IMG/VR virus record: IMGVR_UViG_3300005613_000002
Coordinates: 186,001-250,000 of that record
Strand: one strand, 5' to 3'
DNA length: 64,000 bases
The translations under genes were made by a program, and so were the position numbers. Shown piece after piece: positions 52,356 to 61,445 of the stretch (the stretch's first letter is position 1; every line of letters begins with the position of its first letter). The notes under the pieces were generated by a model. The model searched no databases. It was not told where the DNA came from and saw nothing but the letters and a program-made list of their open reading frames with translations.

Positions 52356-52592
52356 TTATTTTTTATCAATTAAACGTTCATCCCATAAATTTTGTGCTTG
52401 CTCTGAAATATTTTGAGCCATATGATGTCCATTCCCATGCAATCTTTTACCGTCAGTAAGTTTACCATGTTCCCCAATATTCTCATAAAATTGAACACTT
52501 GTCTTATAGATAGCATTACCTAATTCTCTCTTTGCTGTTTCCGAATCCATTTCTTCTGGAATCATTATTTTTATTTCTCTAAATTTTTTCAT
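52356..52592 (-). CDS. hypothetical protein
   Basis: Co-oriented ORF. Confidence 0.65.
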   Translation of the reverse strand: MKKFREIKIMIPEEMDSETAKRELGNAIYKTSVQFYENIGEHGKLTDGKRLHGNGHHMAQNISEQAQNLWDERLIDKK

Positions 52593-52849
52593 TTATTTTC
52601 TCTTTTTTATTTTATCAATCATATGTTCCAATTCATGATACAACATTGTAAATTTATTTACTTCACTTAATCTATTTTCACACAATAAAGTAATAACAAG
52701 TAATTAGGACGATGAAAACATATCATTTGAATTAGCCTCTAAATGCTTAATATATAATTCTAATGCGTTTGAATATTTCTCATAATCATATCCACCAAAT
52801 GGTGATATCATATTTCCCGAAGTACTAAAATCTTCTAATTTTGGTTTTT

Positions 52850-53209
52850 TCATTTTATATTGTGTTTTTTAATTAAAATTGCATCATCAAAAGGACATCT
52901 AATACTACCATTACCCATCCCACCTGAATCAACCCAATAACCATGTTTTCCAACAATTTGTATATAACCTCTTTTAGGTTCACCGAAAAAATCAAATTCA
53001 ATCAAATCTTCAACTTCCAATCTTTCTTTTATTGGTGCTGGTGGATATGCCCTTTTCTTTGTCCTAAATTCTTTAAACTCACATTTTTTATTAATATATG
53101 GATATTCAGAACAACATCTAGCACCAATACCCAATAAAGAACGTTTAATGTTTTTATTGGTGCACCATGCTCCATTATTATTGAATTTACAATTAATTTT
53201 AGAAATCAT
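52850..53209 (-). CDS. hypothetical protein, Cys-rich N-terminus
   Basis: Start moved from 53275. Confidence 0.6.
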   Translation of the reverse strand: MISKINCKFNNNGAWCTNKNIKRSLLGIGARCCSEYPYINKKCEFKEFRTKKRAYPPAPIKERLEVEDLIEFDFFGEPKRGYIQIVGKHGYWVDSGGMGNGSIRCPFDDAILIKKHNIK

Positions 53210-53222
53210 TTTAGTTTCACAA

Positions 53223-53645
53223 TTAAAATTTACAATTATACTTGAATACCCAATAAGGATATCCAGAACTAACATTACAACCAGTCATAATTCCAACCAG
53301 TTCTAACTCTGGTTTATTGTAATAATCACGAAGAAATGCTTCAATTTGTTTAAAACCTCTACCATCCCAATACTGTCCTTGATTACCAAAATGTTTTTCA
53401 CAAAATTTATCATGTTTTTTTGAATCCCATTGATAAAGTCGATCTGAATAAACAGCATGTTCATACTTATCTGCCTTTTTTGAAACAACATAAGCATCAT
53501 AGCTATATCTATATTCATCTCGTGTTCTTTTTACAGGATTCCCATCCCAATCTTTATATCTGCTTTCACCTTCGAAAAAACATAAACCATCACTTGTGTA
53601 TATTCTATTATTCATAGTATTATTTTTACTGCTTATAATTTTCAT
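53223..53645 (-). CDS. conserved phage hypothetical protein
   Basis: YSYDAYV..YSDRLYQWD...HFG..GQ.W...IE.FL..Y...C.VS.GYP.W; start could be 53615. Confidence 0.75.
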   Translation of the reverse strand: MKIISSKNNTMNNRIYTSDGLCFFEGESRYKDWDGNPVKRTRDEYRYSYDAYVVSKKADKYEHAVYSDRLYQWDSKKHDKFCEKHFGNQGQYWDGRGFKQIEAFLRDYYNKPELELVGIMTGCNVSSGYPYWVFKYNCKF

Positions 53646-53682
53646 TAATACTGCTCAAATGTTTAATTAATGAGCAGTATTA
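53646..53682. repeat. perfect 12-bp inverted repeat abutting start codon
   Basis: TAATACTGCTCA / TGAGCAGTATTA, 13-nt loop. Confidence 0.85.
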
Positions 53683-53735
53683 TAATATGTTTCGATCATA
53701 ACCTTCAACCAGTCGAATTTTTCGACCACTTTAAA

Positions 53736-54155
53736 TTAATCCATATAATCAACATCTTCTTGAGATATTTCAAGACAATCGATTTTATCTAAACAATTTT
53801 CAAGATAAACATGAATAAATGGTTCACTTCTACGTGGCATGAAACCTCTTACGAATGTGTGTCCTTCTTTAGATAAATATTTCCATACTGGTATATTCCA
53901 CTTATCAAAAATCCAATCAGAACTTTTAAATGTATCATAAATTGTTGGTCTCACATTTTTAAATGCGCCAAGTCTATCAAAACCTTTTGGCATTCCTAAA
54001 AAGAAAGACCCAATAAATGAACCAATTGTTCCTGCTGTATGTTTACCACAACCAATTCCACCAATAGTGTTTGGTTCAAAACATGAAATATTCCTTCCAC
54101 AAATACATCCAGTACACTGGTATTCTTCGATTGCTAATTTAAATTTATCTTCCAT
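53736..54155 (-). CDS. hypothetical protein, Cys-rich
   Basis: First gene after promoter. Confidence 0.75.
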   Translation of the reverse strand: MEDKFKLAIEEYQCTGCICGRNISCFEPNTIGGIGCGKHTAGTIGSFIGSFFLGMPKGFDRLGAFKNVRPTIYDTFKSSDWIFDKWNIPVWKYLSKEGHTFVRGFMPRRSEPFIHVYLENCLDKIDCLEISQEDVDYMD

Positions 54156-54182
54156 TTTATTTTTGTTTTTGAATTATACTAC

Positions 54183-54211
54183 TTATACGAATATAATAGC
54201 TTTTTGTTACA
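54183..54211 (-). promoter_or_regulatory. ECF-type phage promoter
   Basis: TGTAAC-N16-CGTATAA. Confidence 0.85.
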
Positions 54212-54230
54212 AAAATTATTATTTATTTCC

Positions 54231-54419
54231 TTATGGTAATTTCAATATGAAATAACAATCAGATTTATGAATCCCATCAGTGCAACCACAATATTCACAT
54301 TTGTTATTAATATATTTCCTCTCAAAATTATTACTATCACTAGAACAACAATCACAATATTTTGGGGAATATGGCTCATGTTTACATCCAGTACAAACTT
54401 TTTGTTTATTAATTTTCAT
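54231..54419 (-). CDS. small Cys-rich protein
   Basis: CTGC..C.CC..CEYCG..H..C. Confidence 0.6.
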   Translation of the reverse strand: MKINKQKVCTGCKHEPYSPKYCDCCSSDSNNFERKYINNKCEYCGCTDGIHKSDCYFILKLP

Positions 54420-54425
54420 TCTTTT

Positions 54426-54602
54426 TTAATTAATAATAACTGCTTCAATTTCATCAATATCAATAGTGAAGTTTTTATTACCAGTCCAATTCATTGAACG
54501 ATTAGTGTTTCCACTTAATTTATCAATTGTAAACGTTTTAAATCTTACAGTTATTTTATTCCCGCTTTTCATATAGAAAGTAACCTTAATTTTTTTTCCC
54601 AT
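54426..54602 (-). CDS. small protein, 58 aa
   Basis: MGKKIKVTFYMKSGNKI...IDIDEIEAVII; not in ORF track. Confidence 0.6.
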   Translation of the reverse strand: MGKKIKVTFYMKSGNKITVRFKTFTIDKLSGNTNRSMNWTGNKNFTIDIDEIEAVIIN

Positions 54603-54613
54603 GATTAATATAA

Positions 54614-54892
54614 TTAAATAACTGTTGTTAAGTCAAAGTTTGTTGTTTTTATTTTATAGCAGTTTCTCCAAAAACCAGTAACTAAATCAATTTTACTATT
54701 ATCTAATACTCTATCATTTTGATTGATTTCATATTTCATTTCTTCTGTTAAGCATTTTTGAACATCAGCAATACCTGCAAAAAAGAAAATAAAGTAATCA
54801 TCAATTTCAATTGGTGTTGTATTATCTTCACAAGTAAAATCAAATTTCTTATTTGAATCAGAACTATCTACTTTAGTTTTAAAATTTTCCAT
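54614..54892 (-). CDS. hypothetical protein
   Basis: Co-oriented ORF. Confidence 0.65.
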   Translation of the reverse strand: MENFKTKVDSSDSNKKFDFTCEDNTTPIEIDDYFIFFFAGIADVQKCLTEEMKYEINQNDRVLDNSKIDLVTGFWRNCYKIKTTNFDLTTVI

Positions 54893-54894
54893 AA

Positions 54895-55167
54895 TTACTT
54901 ATCTTTGGTTTTATCTCTTGATAATAATAATCTTAATCCCATAACAGGACGTATTGGTGTCATTCCGAGGTCAACATCATCCAGTAAATGATTACAACAA
55001 TCTAACAAAGCATCGTAATGAATTTTTTCATCAGATTTTAAAGTTATTTCATTTTGTTCTTCCAAATGATTTATATATTTTTCTAATTCATCGTAATACT
55101 TATTAAGTTGTTCACGATATTCCATTTGGTTTGATGTCTGATAATCTTTTATGTTTGGTCGTTTCAT
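54895..55167 (-). CDS. hypothetical protein
   Basis: Co-oriented ORF. Confidence 0.65.
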   Translation of the reverse strand: MKRPNIKDYQTSNQMEYREQLNKYYDELEKYINHLEEQNEITLKSDEKIHYDALLDCCNHLLDDVDLGMTPIRPVMGLRLLLSRDKTKDK

Positions 55168-55382
55168 AATACATATGTTGTTTTACTATTTACAAATGAT
55201 AATCTAAGACCAATCTGACCTTCAATTAAATCACTTCGTAATTCCCAATTATTTTTAAAATCTGGTCTTAAAAATTTACAATTATTACACAAATAATGCC
55301 CATCACCCCAACATTTACCATTTGGTTCACCAGAAGTGAAATCTTCCGTAGGACAATCAATATGTTCTTGCATGTTCTCCAT
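55164..55382 (-). CDS. small Cys-containing protein
   Basis: CWGDGHYLC..C. Confidence 0.65.
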   Translation of the reverse strand: MENMQEHIDCPTEDFTSGEPNGKCWGDGHYLCNNCKFLRPDFKNNWELRSDLIEGQIGLRLSFVNSKTTYVL

Positions 55383-55672
55383 TAAATTTTCATTTTTTTA
55401 ATGAAGCACCAATATTCTATAATAACTGGTCTTAAATTTTGATGTAAAAATCGTAGATATTTAATATCTGGAATTGTTGCTTTTTCTTCGAAAGTTGGAT
55501 TACTTTCCCACCTTTTCATTTCTTCCAATGATACAGGTTCAATATCTTCAATCACCATTTTTTTTAGTAGATGATATCCTGTTGATTGTGAATGATCTGG
55601 TAAATTTGGTAAATATAATTTATCACATAATTTATAACAAAATTCATCAAAAGTAAATTCTCTGATGCCCAT
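55382..55672 (-). CDS. hypothetical protein
   Basis: TAATG coupling. Confidence 0.65.
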   Translation of the reverse strand: MGIREFTFDEFCYKLCDKLYLPNLPDHSQSTGYHLLKKMVIEDIEPVSLEEMKRWESNPTFEEKATIPDIKYLRFLHQNLRPVIIEYWCFIKKMKI

Positions 55673-55675
55673 GTT

Positions 55676-56221
55676 TTATAATTTAAATAGTTTAGTTTCA
55701 CCAGTAAGTTTATCTATTCTAAGAATACCACGTTTGGTTTTATCTTTATCATATTCATTATTCAAGAAGATAAAATCTTTAGATTTCATTCTTGAATAAC
55801 TGGTACAATAATATTCATCAGTTTCAATATTATAATATTTATCACCAATTGAATAAACACAACCACCAATCAAATAAGGACTATCTGATTGAGCAAAAAC
55901 CTTTTTCTCCACACCATCGTTATCAATAATACAAGCACAATTCGCAAGATGTCTTGGATTGCTATCAAATTTAGTGCCTTGCTTTTTATTGAAATCTTTA
56001 GATGAATCCATAATTGATTTATCATAAAAAGATTCAACTTGTTTAAGTATCATAAAATACTTATCTTTGGGATTAAAACCAAAACCACCAACTCTATATA
56101 GAGTGTCATTAAGTTTCACACCATTTTTATATAGGTTTACAAAATCAGTTTGATTTACACGCCACTTTTTACGATATTTTTCATCTAATTCAACTGGTTT
56201 TACTTCGATTAAATTTTCCAT
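55676..56221 (-). CDS. hypothetical protein
   Basis: Start moved from 56278 to first ATG after promoter. Confidence 0.75.
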   Translation of the reverse strand: MENLIEVKPVELDEKYRKKWRVNQTDFVNLYKNGVKLNDTLYRVGGFGFNPKDKYFMILKQVESFYDKSIMDSSKDFNKKQGTKFDSNPRHLANCACIIDNDGVEKKVFAQSDSPYLIGGCVYSIGDKYYNIETDEYYCTSYSRMKSKDFIFLNNEYDKDKTKRGILRIDKLTGETKLFKL

Positions 56222-56240
56222 GATATTATCTTTTTTTAAC

Positions 56241-56269
56241 TTATACGTGGTATCTAATAAAATGTTACA
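56241..56269 (-). promoter_or_regulatory. ECF-type phage promoter
   Basis: TGTAAC-N16-CGTATAA. Confidence 0.85.
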
Positions 56270-56462
56270 ATTTACCACCTTTAATTACATCATGCAATAA
56301 ACCAATGAATTCATCATCCTTTTTAAATTTCTCTCTCCATTTAAGAATACACTCGATTTTTTCAACAGTCGTTGATTCTTGCGACATAATTTTTATATCA
56401 GCAATAAGTCTCTTATTTTCCTCTTTTACTTTTTGATATACACTTCTGCTTACATTACTCAT
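56265..56462 (-). CDS. hypothetical protein
   Basis: Stop TAA inside -35 box; start moved from 56522. Confidence 0.65.
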   Translation of the reverse strand: MSNVSRSVYQKVKEENKRLIADIKIMSQESTTVEKIECILKWREKFKKDDEFIGLLHDVIKGGKL

Positions 56463-56472
56463 AATATGGATT

Positions 56473-56742
56473 TTAATCGTCAAATACAAACATAATTCTT
56501 TGCATGAATGGATGTGCATCATAAAAATTATTAATCCATTCTACACTAAATTCAGTATTGTGAGATGCTTTACTTATTTTTCCAACATAATATGTTTTTC
56601 CATCTTCACCAAACATTTTACTATCTCTACATAAATCACATAGTTGATTCCAATCATAATCAGAATTAGCTTCAATAAATTTAACCATATCAGCTTCTGA
56701 TACATAATATATTGCTTCGTTTACATTAATTACTGATTTCAT
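56473..56742 (-). CDS. hypothetical protein
   Basis: Start moved from 56778. Confidence 0.65.
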   Translation of the reverse strand: MKSVINVNEAIYYVSEADMVKFIEANSDYDWNQLCDLCRDSKMFGEDGKTYYVGKISKASHNTEFSVEWINNFYDAHPFMQRIMFVFDD

Positions 56743-56744
56743 AC

Positions 56745-57128
56745 TTAAACAGTTATTTTTAATACGTTTTTCACCCAACTTTTACCTTGTAAGTACATCC
56801 CTAGATTAAAATATTTATTCATTTTTTTATCGATAATTATTTCAGTCCCATCTTTTTCACTAATCACAACAATTTGAGCTTTCATTATCTCGTTTTTAAA
56901 TGAATCACCTGTTATAATAAGCGTATCACCTTGTTTAATATCATAAATTGTTTTTATTGATATTATTTTAACTGTATTATTCTTGGGATATAAGAAATCT
57001 ATACTCTGTTTTAACACATCAATAGTATGTTTCTTTTCTAATGAAAATTCTGGCATATGTTTATTCAATGCCAGAATGTCTTCATCAATCAATTTTTGAT
57101 ATGTTTCTTTATTTAATTTAGTTCCCAT
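56745..57128 (-). CDS. hypothetical protein
   Basis: Co-oriented ORF. Confidence 0.7.
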   Translation of the reverse strand: MGTKLNKETYQKLIDEDILALNKHMPEFSLEKKHTIDVLKQSIDFLYPKNNTVKIISIKTIYDIKQGDTLIITGDSFKNEIMKAQIVVISEKDGTEIIIDKKMNKYFNLGMYLQGKSWVKNVLKITV

Positions 57129-57132
57129 AATA

Positions 57133-57375
57133 TTAACTAATTTCTAGTCCTTTTAACCAATTTATTGAAAATCTGTAAAGTACAGTCCCATCAGTACCAG
57201 TTATAGCAAAGTTATTACCTCCGTCAACTGGAAATATTTCAGTTTCAGTAAAAGGAATATCATTATATGTTGTCCTATATTTTAGATAAAGTCTTTTTTC
57301 ATTAATTCTTAGTTCCTTTAACCAGAGTTTATTTCCGCTATTATCTGCTGGTATACATGCTATTTTAATTCCCAT
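57133..57375 (-). CDS. hypothetical protein
   Basis: Co-oriented ORF. Confidence 0.65.
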   Translation of the reverse strand: MGIKIACIPADNSGNKLWLKELRINEKRLYLKYRTTYNDIPFTETEIFPVDGGNNFAITGTDGTVLYRFSINWLKGLEIS

Positions 57376-57377
57376 AG

Positions 57378-57713
57378 TTATTTTTTTAAATTAAATTCAT
57401 TAAGATATACTTTGAATCGTTCTTGTTTTCCATCAATATTAACAACAACACTAATGTAATCACCAAAGGAAGCAAAACCACCACCCATTTCAATTAATCT
57501 ATTTTTATAATAGTATTTGGTTTCACCCCATAAACCTTGAATATTGTTAAAATGTTTTGTTTTAAGATATTTAACTAATTCTTCTTTTGTTGACATATCA
57601 TTAAATTTTAATTTCTTTCCAGATATTATACATTTCTTCTGTAGTATGTTTTTTTTCGTAATTATCTCCCCTGTAAGTCCATTGATGTCTCTCTGCTCTA
57701 ATTCCTTCAACAT
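57378..57713 (-). CDS. hypothetical protein
   Basis: Start uncertain. Confidence 0.55.
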   Translation of the reverse strand: MLKELEQRDINGLTGEIITKKNILQKKCIISGKKLKFNDMSTKEELVKYLKTKHFNNIQGLWGETKYYYKNRLIEMGGGFASFGDYISVVVNIDGKQERFKVYLNEFNLKK

Positions 57714-57748
57714 CAATCCATTCTGCAAAACCTAATACATCATCAATA

Positions 57749-57973
57749 TTACTCATTATTCAAATCTTCGGTATATAAAGCATAATCAACACCCTTTTCA
57801 CGACCCATGTAATTAAGGAAGTCAGTAAGCACAGCATCAACATGTCGTTGTTGAATCTGTTCACCATCTTCAATTTCATTCATATGGTTATTACGAACTA
57901 AACTTTCTTGTGCTTCTTTCCTATATTTAATTGCACTTTTTTTTGCTAAATCTAAATATTCTAATGCTCCCAT
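57749..57973 (-). CDS. hypothetical protein
   Basis: Co-oriented ORF. Confidence 0.7.
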   Translation of the reverse strand: MGALEYLDLAKKSAIKYRKEAQESLVRNNHMNEIEDGEQIQQRHVDAVLTDFLNYMGREKGVDYALYTEDLNNE

Positions 57974-57980
57974 AATATTA

Positions 57981-58232
57981 TTAATTGTTTATTGATTCCC
58001 ACCATTCACTAAAATGTTTAATTACTTTTTCACTAGCATTCTCACCACCTAAAAAATATTCATAATAATATGGTGATTTCGTTTCTCCATCAGCATGTCT
58101 TAAACCACTTTTGATAGTGCAAAATCCTGCACCTTCATGAATTTCGAACCAATCAATCATTGTCATATGACCATTAAATTTAAACTCAGGTCTTAGTTTA
58201 AGAATTTGTTTTCTTGTTAAAATCTTACCCAT
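57981..58232 (-). CDS. hypothetical protein
   Basis: Start moved from 58340. Confidence 0.65.
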   Translation of the reverse strand: MGKILTRKQILKLRPEFKFNGHMTMIDWFEIHEGAGFCTIKSGLRHADGETKSPYYYEYFLGGENASEKVIKHFSEWWESINN

Positions 58233-58233
58233 T

Positions 58234-58827
58234 TTATATATTATTTGCTTCGATAAACATCTTAGATCGAAACCATCTATGATGTTCAAGTGAATATACA
58301 TTATCAAAATGCTGAATAATTGGTAAACAATGTGTTGCAATTATTAATTGAACGTTTCTATTCGCAGCATTTTCAATTTCTTTTGCTAATTTATATTGAT
58401 TCCTAAGTGATAATGCTGCTTCTGGTTCATCTAAGTATAATACACAATCTTTAGTATCTTTAATTCTATTAACTGTAAATTCTTTTAATACTTCACCATG
58501 TGACATGAAATGTGATTGCATAGCAGCACCAACACCAATACCTCTTGATGTTCCATTAGGATTAGTATACATTTGTAAATCAACAATTCTTGGATTCATT
58601 TTTTCAGCATCAAAATAAAAAGTGTTAATTCCTTTTTTTATTGTGTCTTCATGCAATTCGACTTTAATTATATCTGAATTTTCTTGAAGTAGAGTGAGAA
58701 GTGTGCTTTTTCCACAACCCTGTTCTCCAACTAACAATGTAACATGATTAAACTCAATTTTTAATCCTTTGTTTAAAGAATATTTATCAGCTAATAATTC
58801 AACTGATTTAAGATGTATATTACTCAT
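58234..58827 (-). CDS. stand-alone ABC/AAA-type ATPase
   Basis: Walker A GEQGCGKST, signature SHGE, Walker B LYLDEPEAALS, H-loop IIATH. Confidence 0.9.
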   Translation of the reverse strand: MSNIHLKSVELLADKYSLNKGLKIEFNHVTLLVGEQGCGKSTLLTLLQENSDIIKVELHEDTIKKGINTFYFDAEKMNPRIVDLQMYTNPNGTSRGIGVGAAMQSHFMSHGEVLKEFTVNRIKDTKDCVLYLDEPEAALSLRNQYKLAKEIENAANRNVQLIIATHCLPIIQHFDNVYSLEHHRWFRSKMFIEANNI

Positions 58828-59041
58828 TTTCTTTTCGTCTTTTATAAAGTTCAAGAAGCATTTCTAATTGAATCTTTTGAACTTTATCTTTATTTTTTAT
58901 TTCTAAAAGCCAACGTCCGAACTCAATGATTTCATTATCAAATTCATCATAAATTTTATCAATTTTAGACATGATTGCTTTAGGTTTCCCATAGCTATCT
59001 TTATCATCTCTAAACATTTGTTTTGCTTCTTTCCTTTTCAT
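58820..59041 (-). CDS. hypothetical protein, near-leaderless
   Basis: ATG 14 nt after the -10 C. Confidence 0.65.
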   Translation of the reverse strand: MKRKEAKQMFRDDKDSYGKPKAIMSKIDKIYDEFDNEIIEFGRWLLEIKNKDKVQKIQLEMLLELYKRRKENE

Positions 59042-59048
59042 TATTATC

Positions 59049-59077
59049 TTATACGTAAGATTTTATCTTTTGTTACA
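59049..59077 (-). promoter_or_regulatory. ECF-type phage promoter
   Basis: TGTAAC-N16-CGTATAA. Confidence 0.85.
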
Positions 59078-59078
59078 A

Positions 59079-59315
59079 TTAATAATAATCACCAACACCA
59101 ACAAAAAGTATCCTATTATGAAACAGATATTTAACCTTAACATTATTATCAAAAATATCTTCAAAATCACCAATTAAACTTCTACGTTTATCCATTTTTT
59201 TTCCATTGAAATGAATTTCTTTGCATGACAATTTAGCTTCATCGATTAATGACATAAAATCTTCAAAAGAATTAGAAATCTTTAGATTTTCTACGGTTTT
59301 AGTTTCAGTTAACAT
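59079..59315 (-). CDS. hypothetical protein
   Basis: Co-oriented ORF. Confidence 0.65.
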   Translation of the reverse strand: MLTETKTVENLKISNSFEDFMSLIDEAKLSCKEIHFNGKKMDKRRSLIGDFEDIFDNNVKVKYLFHNRILFVGVGDYY

Positions 59316-59318
59316 ATT

Positions 59319-59549
59319 TTACTTTTTAATATCAAATGGTCTACTATCCCTCCTAATATAATCTTCAAACATTATTTGTGTTTGTTCTGCCGATAATATT
59401 ACTTGTTCGAATACATCATATATATCCATCCCATCAACCATCATATGGACAGTTTTATTAAAAACAGCATTTCTCCTATATAATTCTTCACCATTTTTAA
59501 ATTTACTAATTATTTCAGTAATTTTATTGTATCGTTCAGTTTGATTCAT
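59319..59549 (-). CDS. hypothetical protein
   Basis: Co-oriented ORF. Confidence 0.65.
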   Translation of the reverse strand: MNQTERYNKITEIISKFKNGEELYRRNAVFNKTVHMMVDGMDIYDVFEQVILSAEQTQIMFEDYIRRDSRPFDIKK

Positions 59550-59872
59550 TATTTTGGTTCTTTAGGTTCTTTAGATTTCCATTTATTAAATCCAACACAT
59601 TCTTTACCACAATTAATAGTTTCAGATATATAGTGTTCACATGTTTGACAAGATACCGAAGATATATGTGGGAATTCATCATTATAAAAGAACTTCATTT
59701 TAATTGGAACATCTTCATCAGAACCCCAAACAATTCCTCTATCACAACTTCTACATGTTTCAGGTGTTATATCAGTTGTAGAACCACCATAACCACCATT
59801 AATTTGATTGTAAAATCCGTTTGGGACTTGACTTGTGCCACTACATACGGGGCAAACAAATGGAATCTTCAT
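59549..59872 (-). CDS. protein with DnaJ-like CxxCxG zinc finger
   Basis: CPVCSGT...CRSCDRG; second CQTC..C..C. Confidence 0.65.
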   Translation of the reverse strand: MKIPFVCPVCSGTSQVPNGFYNQINGGYGGSTTDITPETCRSCDRGIVWGSDEDVPIKMKFFYNDEFPHISSVSCQTCEHYISETINCGKECVGFNKWKSKEPKEPK

Positions 59873-59879
59873 AGTTTTA

Positions 59880-60101
59880 TTATTTATTTAATGTTTGTGA
59901 AAAACTTGGTTGTTCAGAATGACCTTCAAACCCTCTTAATACACAATCTTGTAATGGATGAACCAAATTTTTACACTCAATAGCATACATACCAGCAGTT
60001 ACAGTATTAATCTTTTCAAGAACATCATGTCGAAAATGTGCACAATTATTACAATTAAATTCTGGTAAGACTGTTGTTCTTAATTGTTTATTATCTATCA
60101 T
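59880..60101 (-). CDS. small Cys-rich protein
   Basis: CNNC..C..C. Confidence 0.6.
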   Translation of the reverse strand: MIDNKQLRTTVLPEFNCNNCAHFRHDVLEKINTVTAGMYAIECKNLVHPLQDCVLRGFEGHSEQPSFSQTLNK

Positions 60102-60103
60102 TA

Positions 60104-60382
60104 TTAATTATTTGATGGTTCATATGCTTTTGTAATATAAACTGATTGTGGTTTATATTTTGATGTTAAATATACATAACTTGCACGTTCCATTTGATTT
60201 GCGCTTAGTTCGTAATTCATTATTGTTAATCCTTCATTAAAGACACGACTAATTACGTCTTTATTTTCGATCATAAACTCACCAACTGTCATTTCCTCAT
60301 TGGTTTTTATCGTTTTTGAATACATCACCATTGTGCTATGGGCGAAATAAATCATTAATCTGTATTTTTCACTCATTTTCAA
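60104..60382 (-). CDS. hypothetical protein
   Basis: Co-oriented ORF. Confidence 0.6.
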   Translation of the reverse strand: MKMSEKYRLMIYFAHSTMVMYSKTIKTNEEMTVGEFMIENKDVISRVFNEGLTIMNYELSANQMERASYVYLTSKYKPQSVYITKAYEPSNN

Positions 60383-60896
60383 GATTTTTTATGTTTCCAG
60401 ATAAATATTCAATACACCTTTTAGAATTAATTATTTCTTTTTTAATGAATTCATCAATTTTAGGGTCTTTAATATTTGATTCAAGTAATGCGATTAAATT
60501 AGTAATTGGTGTCAATTTATTTCTAATATCAGGAATACTTAACACTTCAACATCATCACCACTTTGTTTGTGATACCACATAATAACATCATCATGTGTC
60601 ATTCCAATACCAACATTATCTGTATCAATAAATGTTGTAATATGGTCATTATATAATAATAGTGAGTTTAAAATGTTAATATTTTTTTCCATTGTTAAAT
60701 GAACTTGATGACAATCAACAATACTTTCATCTTCAAGTATAAATGCTTGTTTGAATGAGTGTGGATTTGTTGTAATATTAACAACACGTTCAATTTGTTT
60801 ACCACCTTTAAATGGTTTCTTTGAATGTTTAATCACATCACAACCAACCCAATTTTCCCAATCATCTTTATGTTTAAATTTATCGACTTTCATCAT
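60369..60896 (-). CDS. hypothetical protein with HisKA-like C-terminal helices
   Basis: IPDIRNKLTPITNLIALLE...EFIKKEIINSKRCIEYL. Confidence 0.7.
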   Translation of the reverse strand: MMKVDKFKHKDDWENWVGCDVIKHSKKPFKGGKQIERVVNITTNPHSFKQAFILEDESIVDCHQVHLTMEKNINILNSLLLYNDHITTFIDTDNVGIGMTHDDVIMWYHKQSGDDVEVLSIPDIRNKLTPITNLIALLESNIKDPKIDEFIKKEIINSKRCIEYLSGNIKNLENE

Positions 60897-61200
60897 TTAA
60901 CCAATTAAGTGAATTACATTCTACATAACTATCGCTACTTAATGCAGAATAACCTTTTATTTTGAACATTCCTTCACATTTAACACTTCTAAATATTGAC
61001 TCCAGTTCTGGTGAATTATAAACATTTTTGTTTACATTTTTTATAAACTCGTCTTTATCAACATCAGAAACTTCATGAACTACATCAAAAAGTTTATTTA
61101 CATCAATCACATTTTGTGTGATAGGAGTAAATCCGTTAAAACTTACACTAACTGTAAATTTCTTGCAAAGTTCTTTTAATTTTTCAATATTAATTTTCAT
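60880..61200 (-). CDS. hypothetical protein
   Basis: Co-oriented ORF. Confidence 0.65.
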   Translation of the reverse strand: MKINIEKLKELCKKFTVSVSFNGFTPITQNVIDVNKLFDVVHEVSDVDKDEFIKNVNKNVYNSPELESIFRSVKCEGMFKIKGYSALSSDSYVECNSLNWLNDESR

Positions 61201-61400
61201 TATAGTTTAATTTTAATATGTTTCCTAACGTTTTTCAAACACACAACATCAACTTCAACAGCATGACCCCAAATTTCATTATCAGCATATGTACATAACC
61301 AATGTTTAGTATGTAATTTTAAATCATCAATTAGTGTACTTTCTAATTCTTTAAGTTTTTCTAATGATAGTTTCTCAAGTGTCTTATTATCGTAAATCAT
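61200..61400 (-). CDS. hypothetical protein
   Basis: First gene after promoter. Confidence 0.65.
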   Translation of the reverse strand: MIYDNKTLEKLSLEKLKELESTLIDDLKLHTKHWLCTYADNEIWGHAVEVDVVCLKNVRKHIKIKL

Positions 61401-61416
61401 TATTATTGTTTATTAC

Positions 61417-61445
61417 TTATACGTTGAATTTAAAATTTTGTTACA
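61417..61445 (-). promoter_or_regulatory. ECF-type phage promoter
   Basis: TGTAAC-N16-CGTATAA. Confidence 0.85.
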
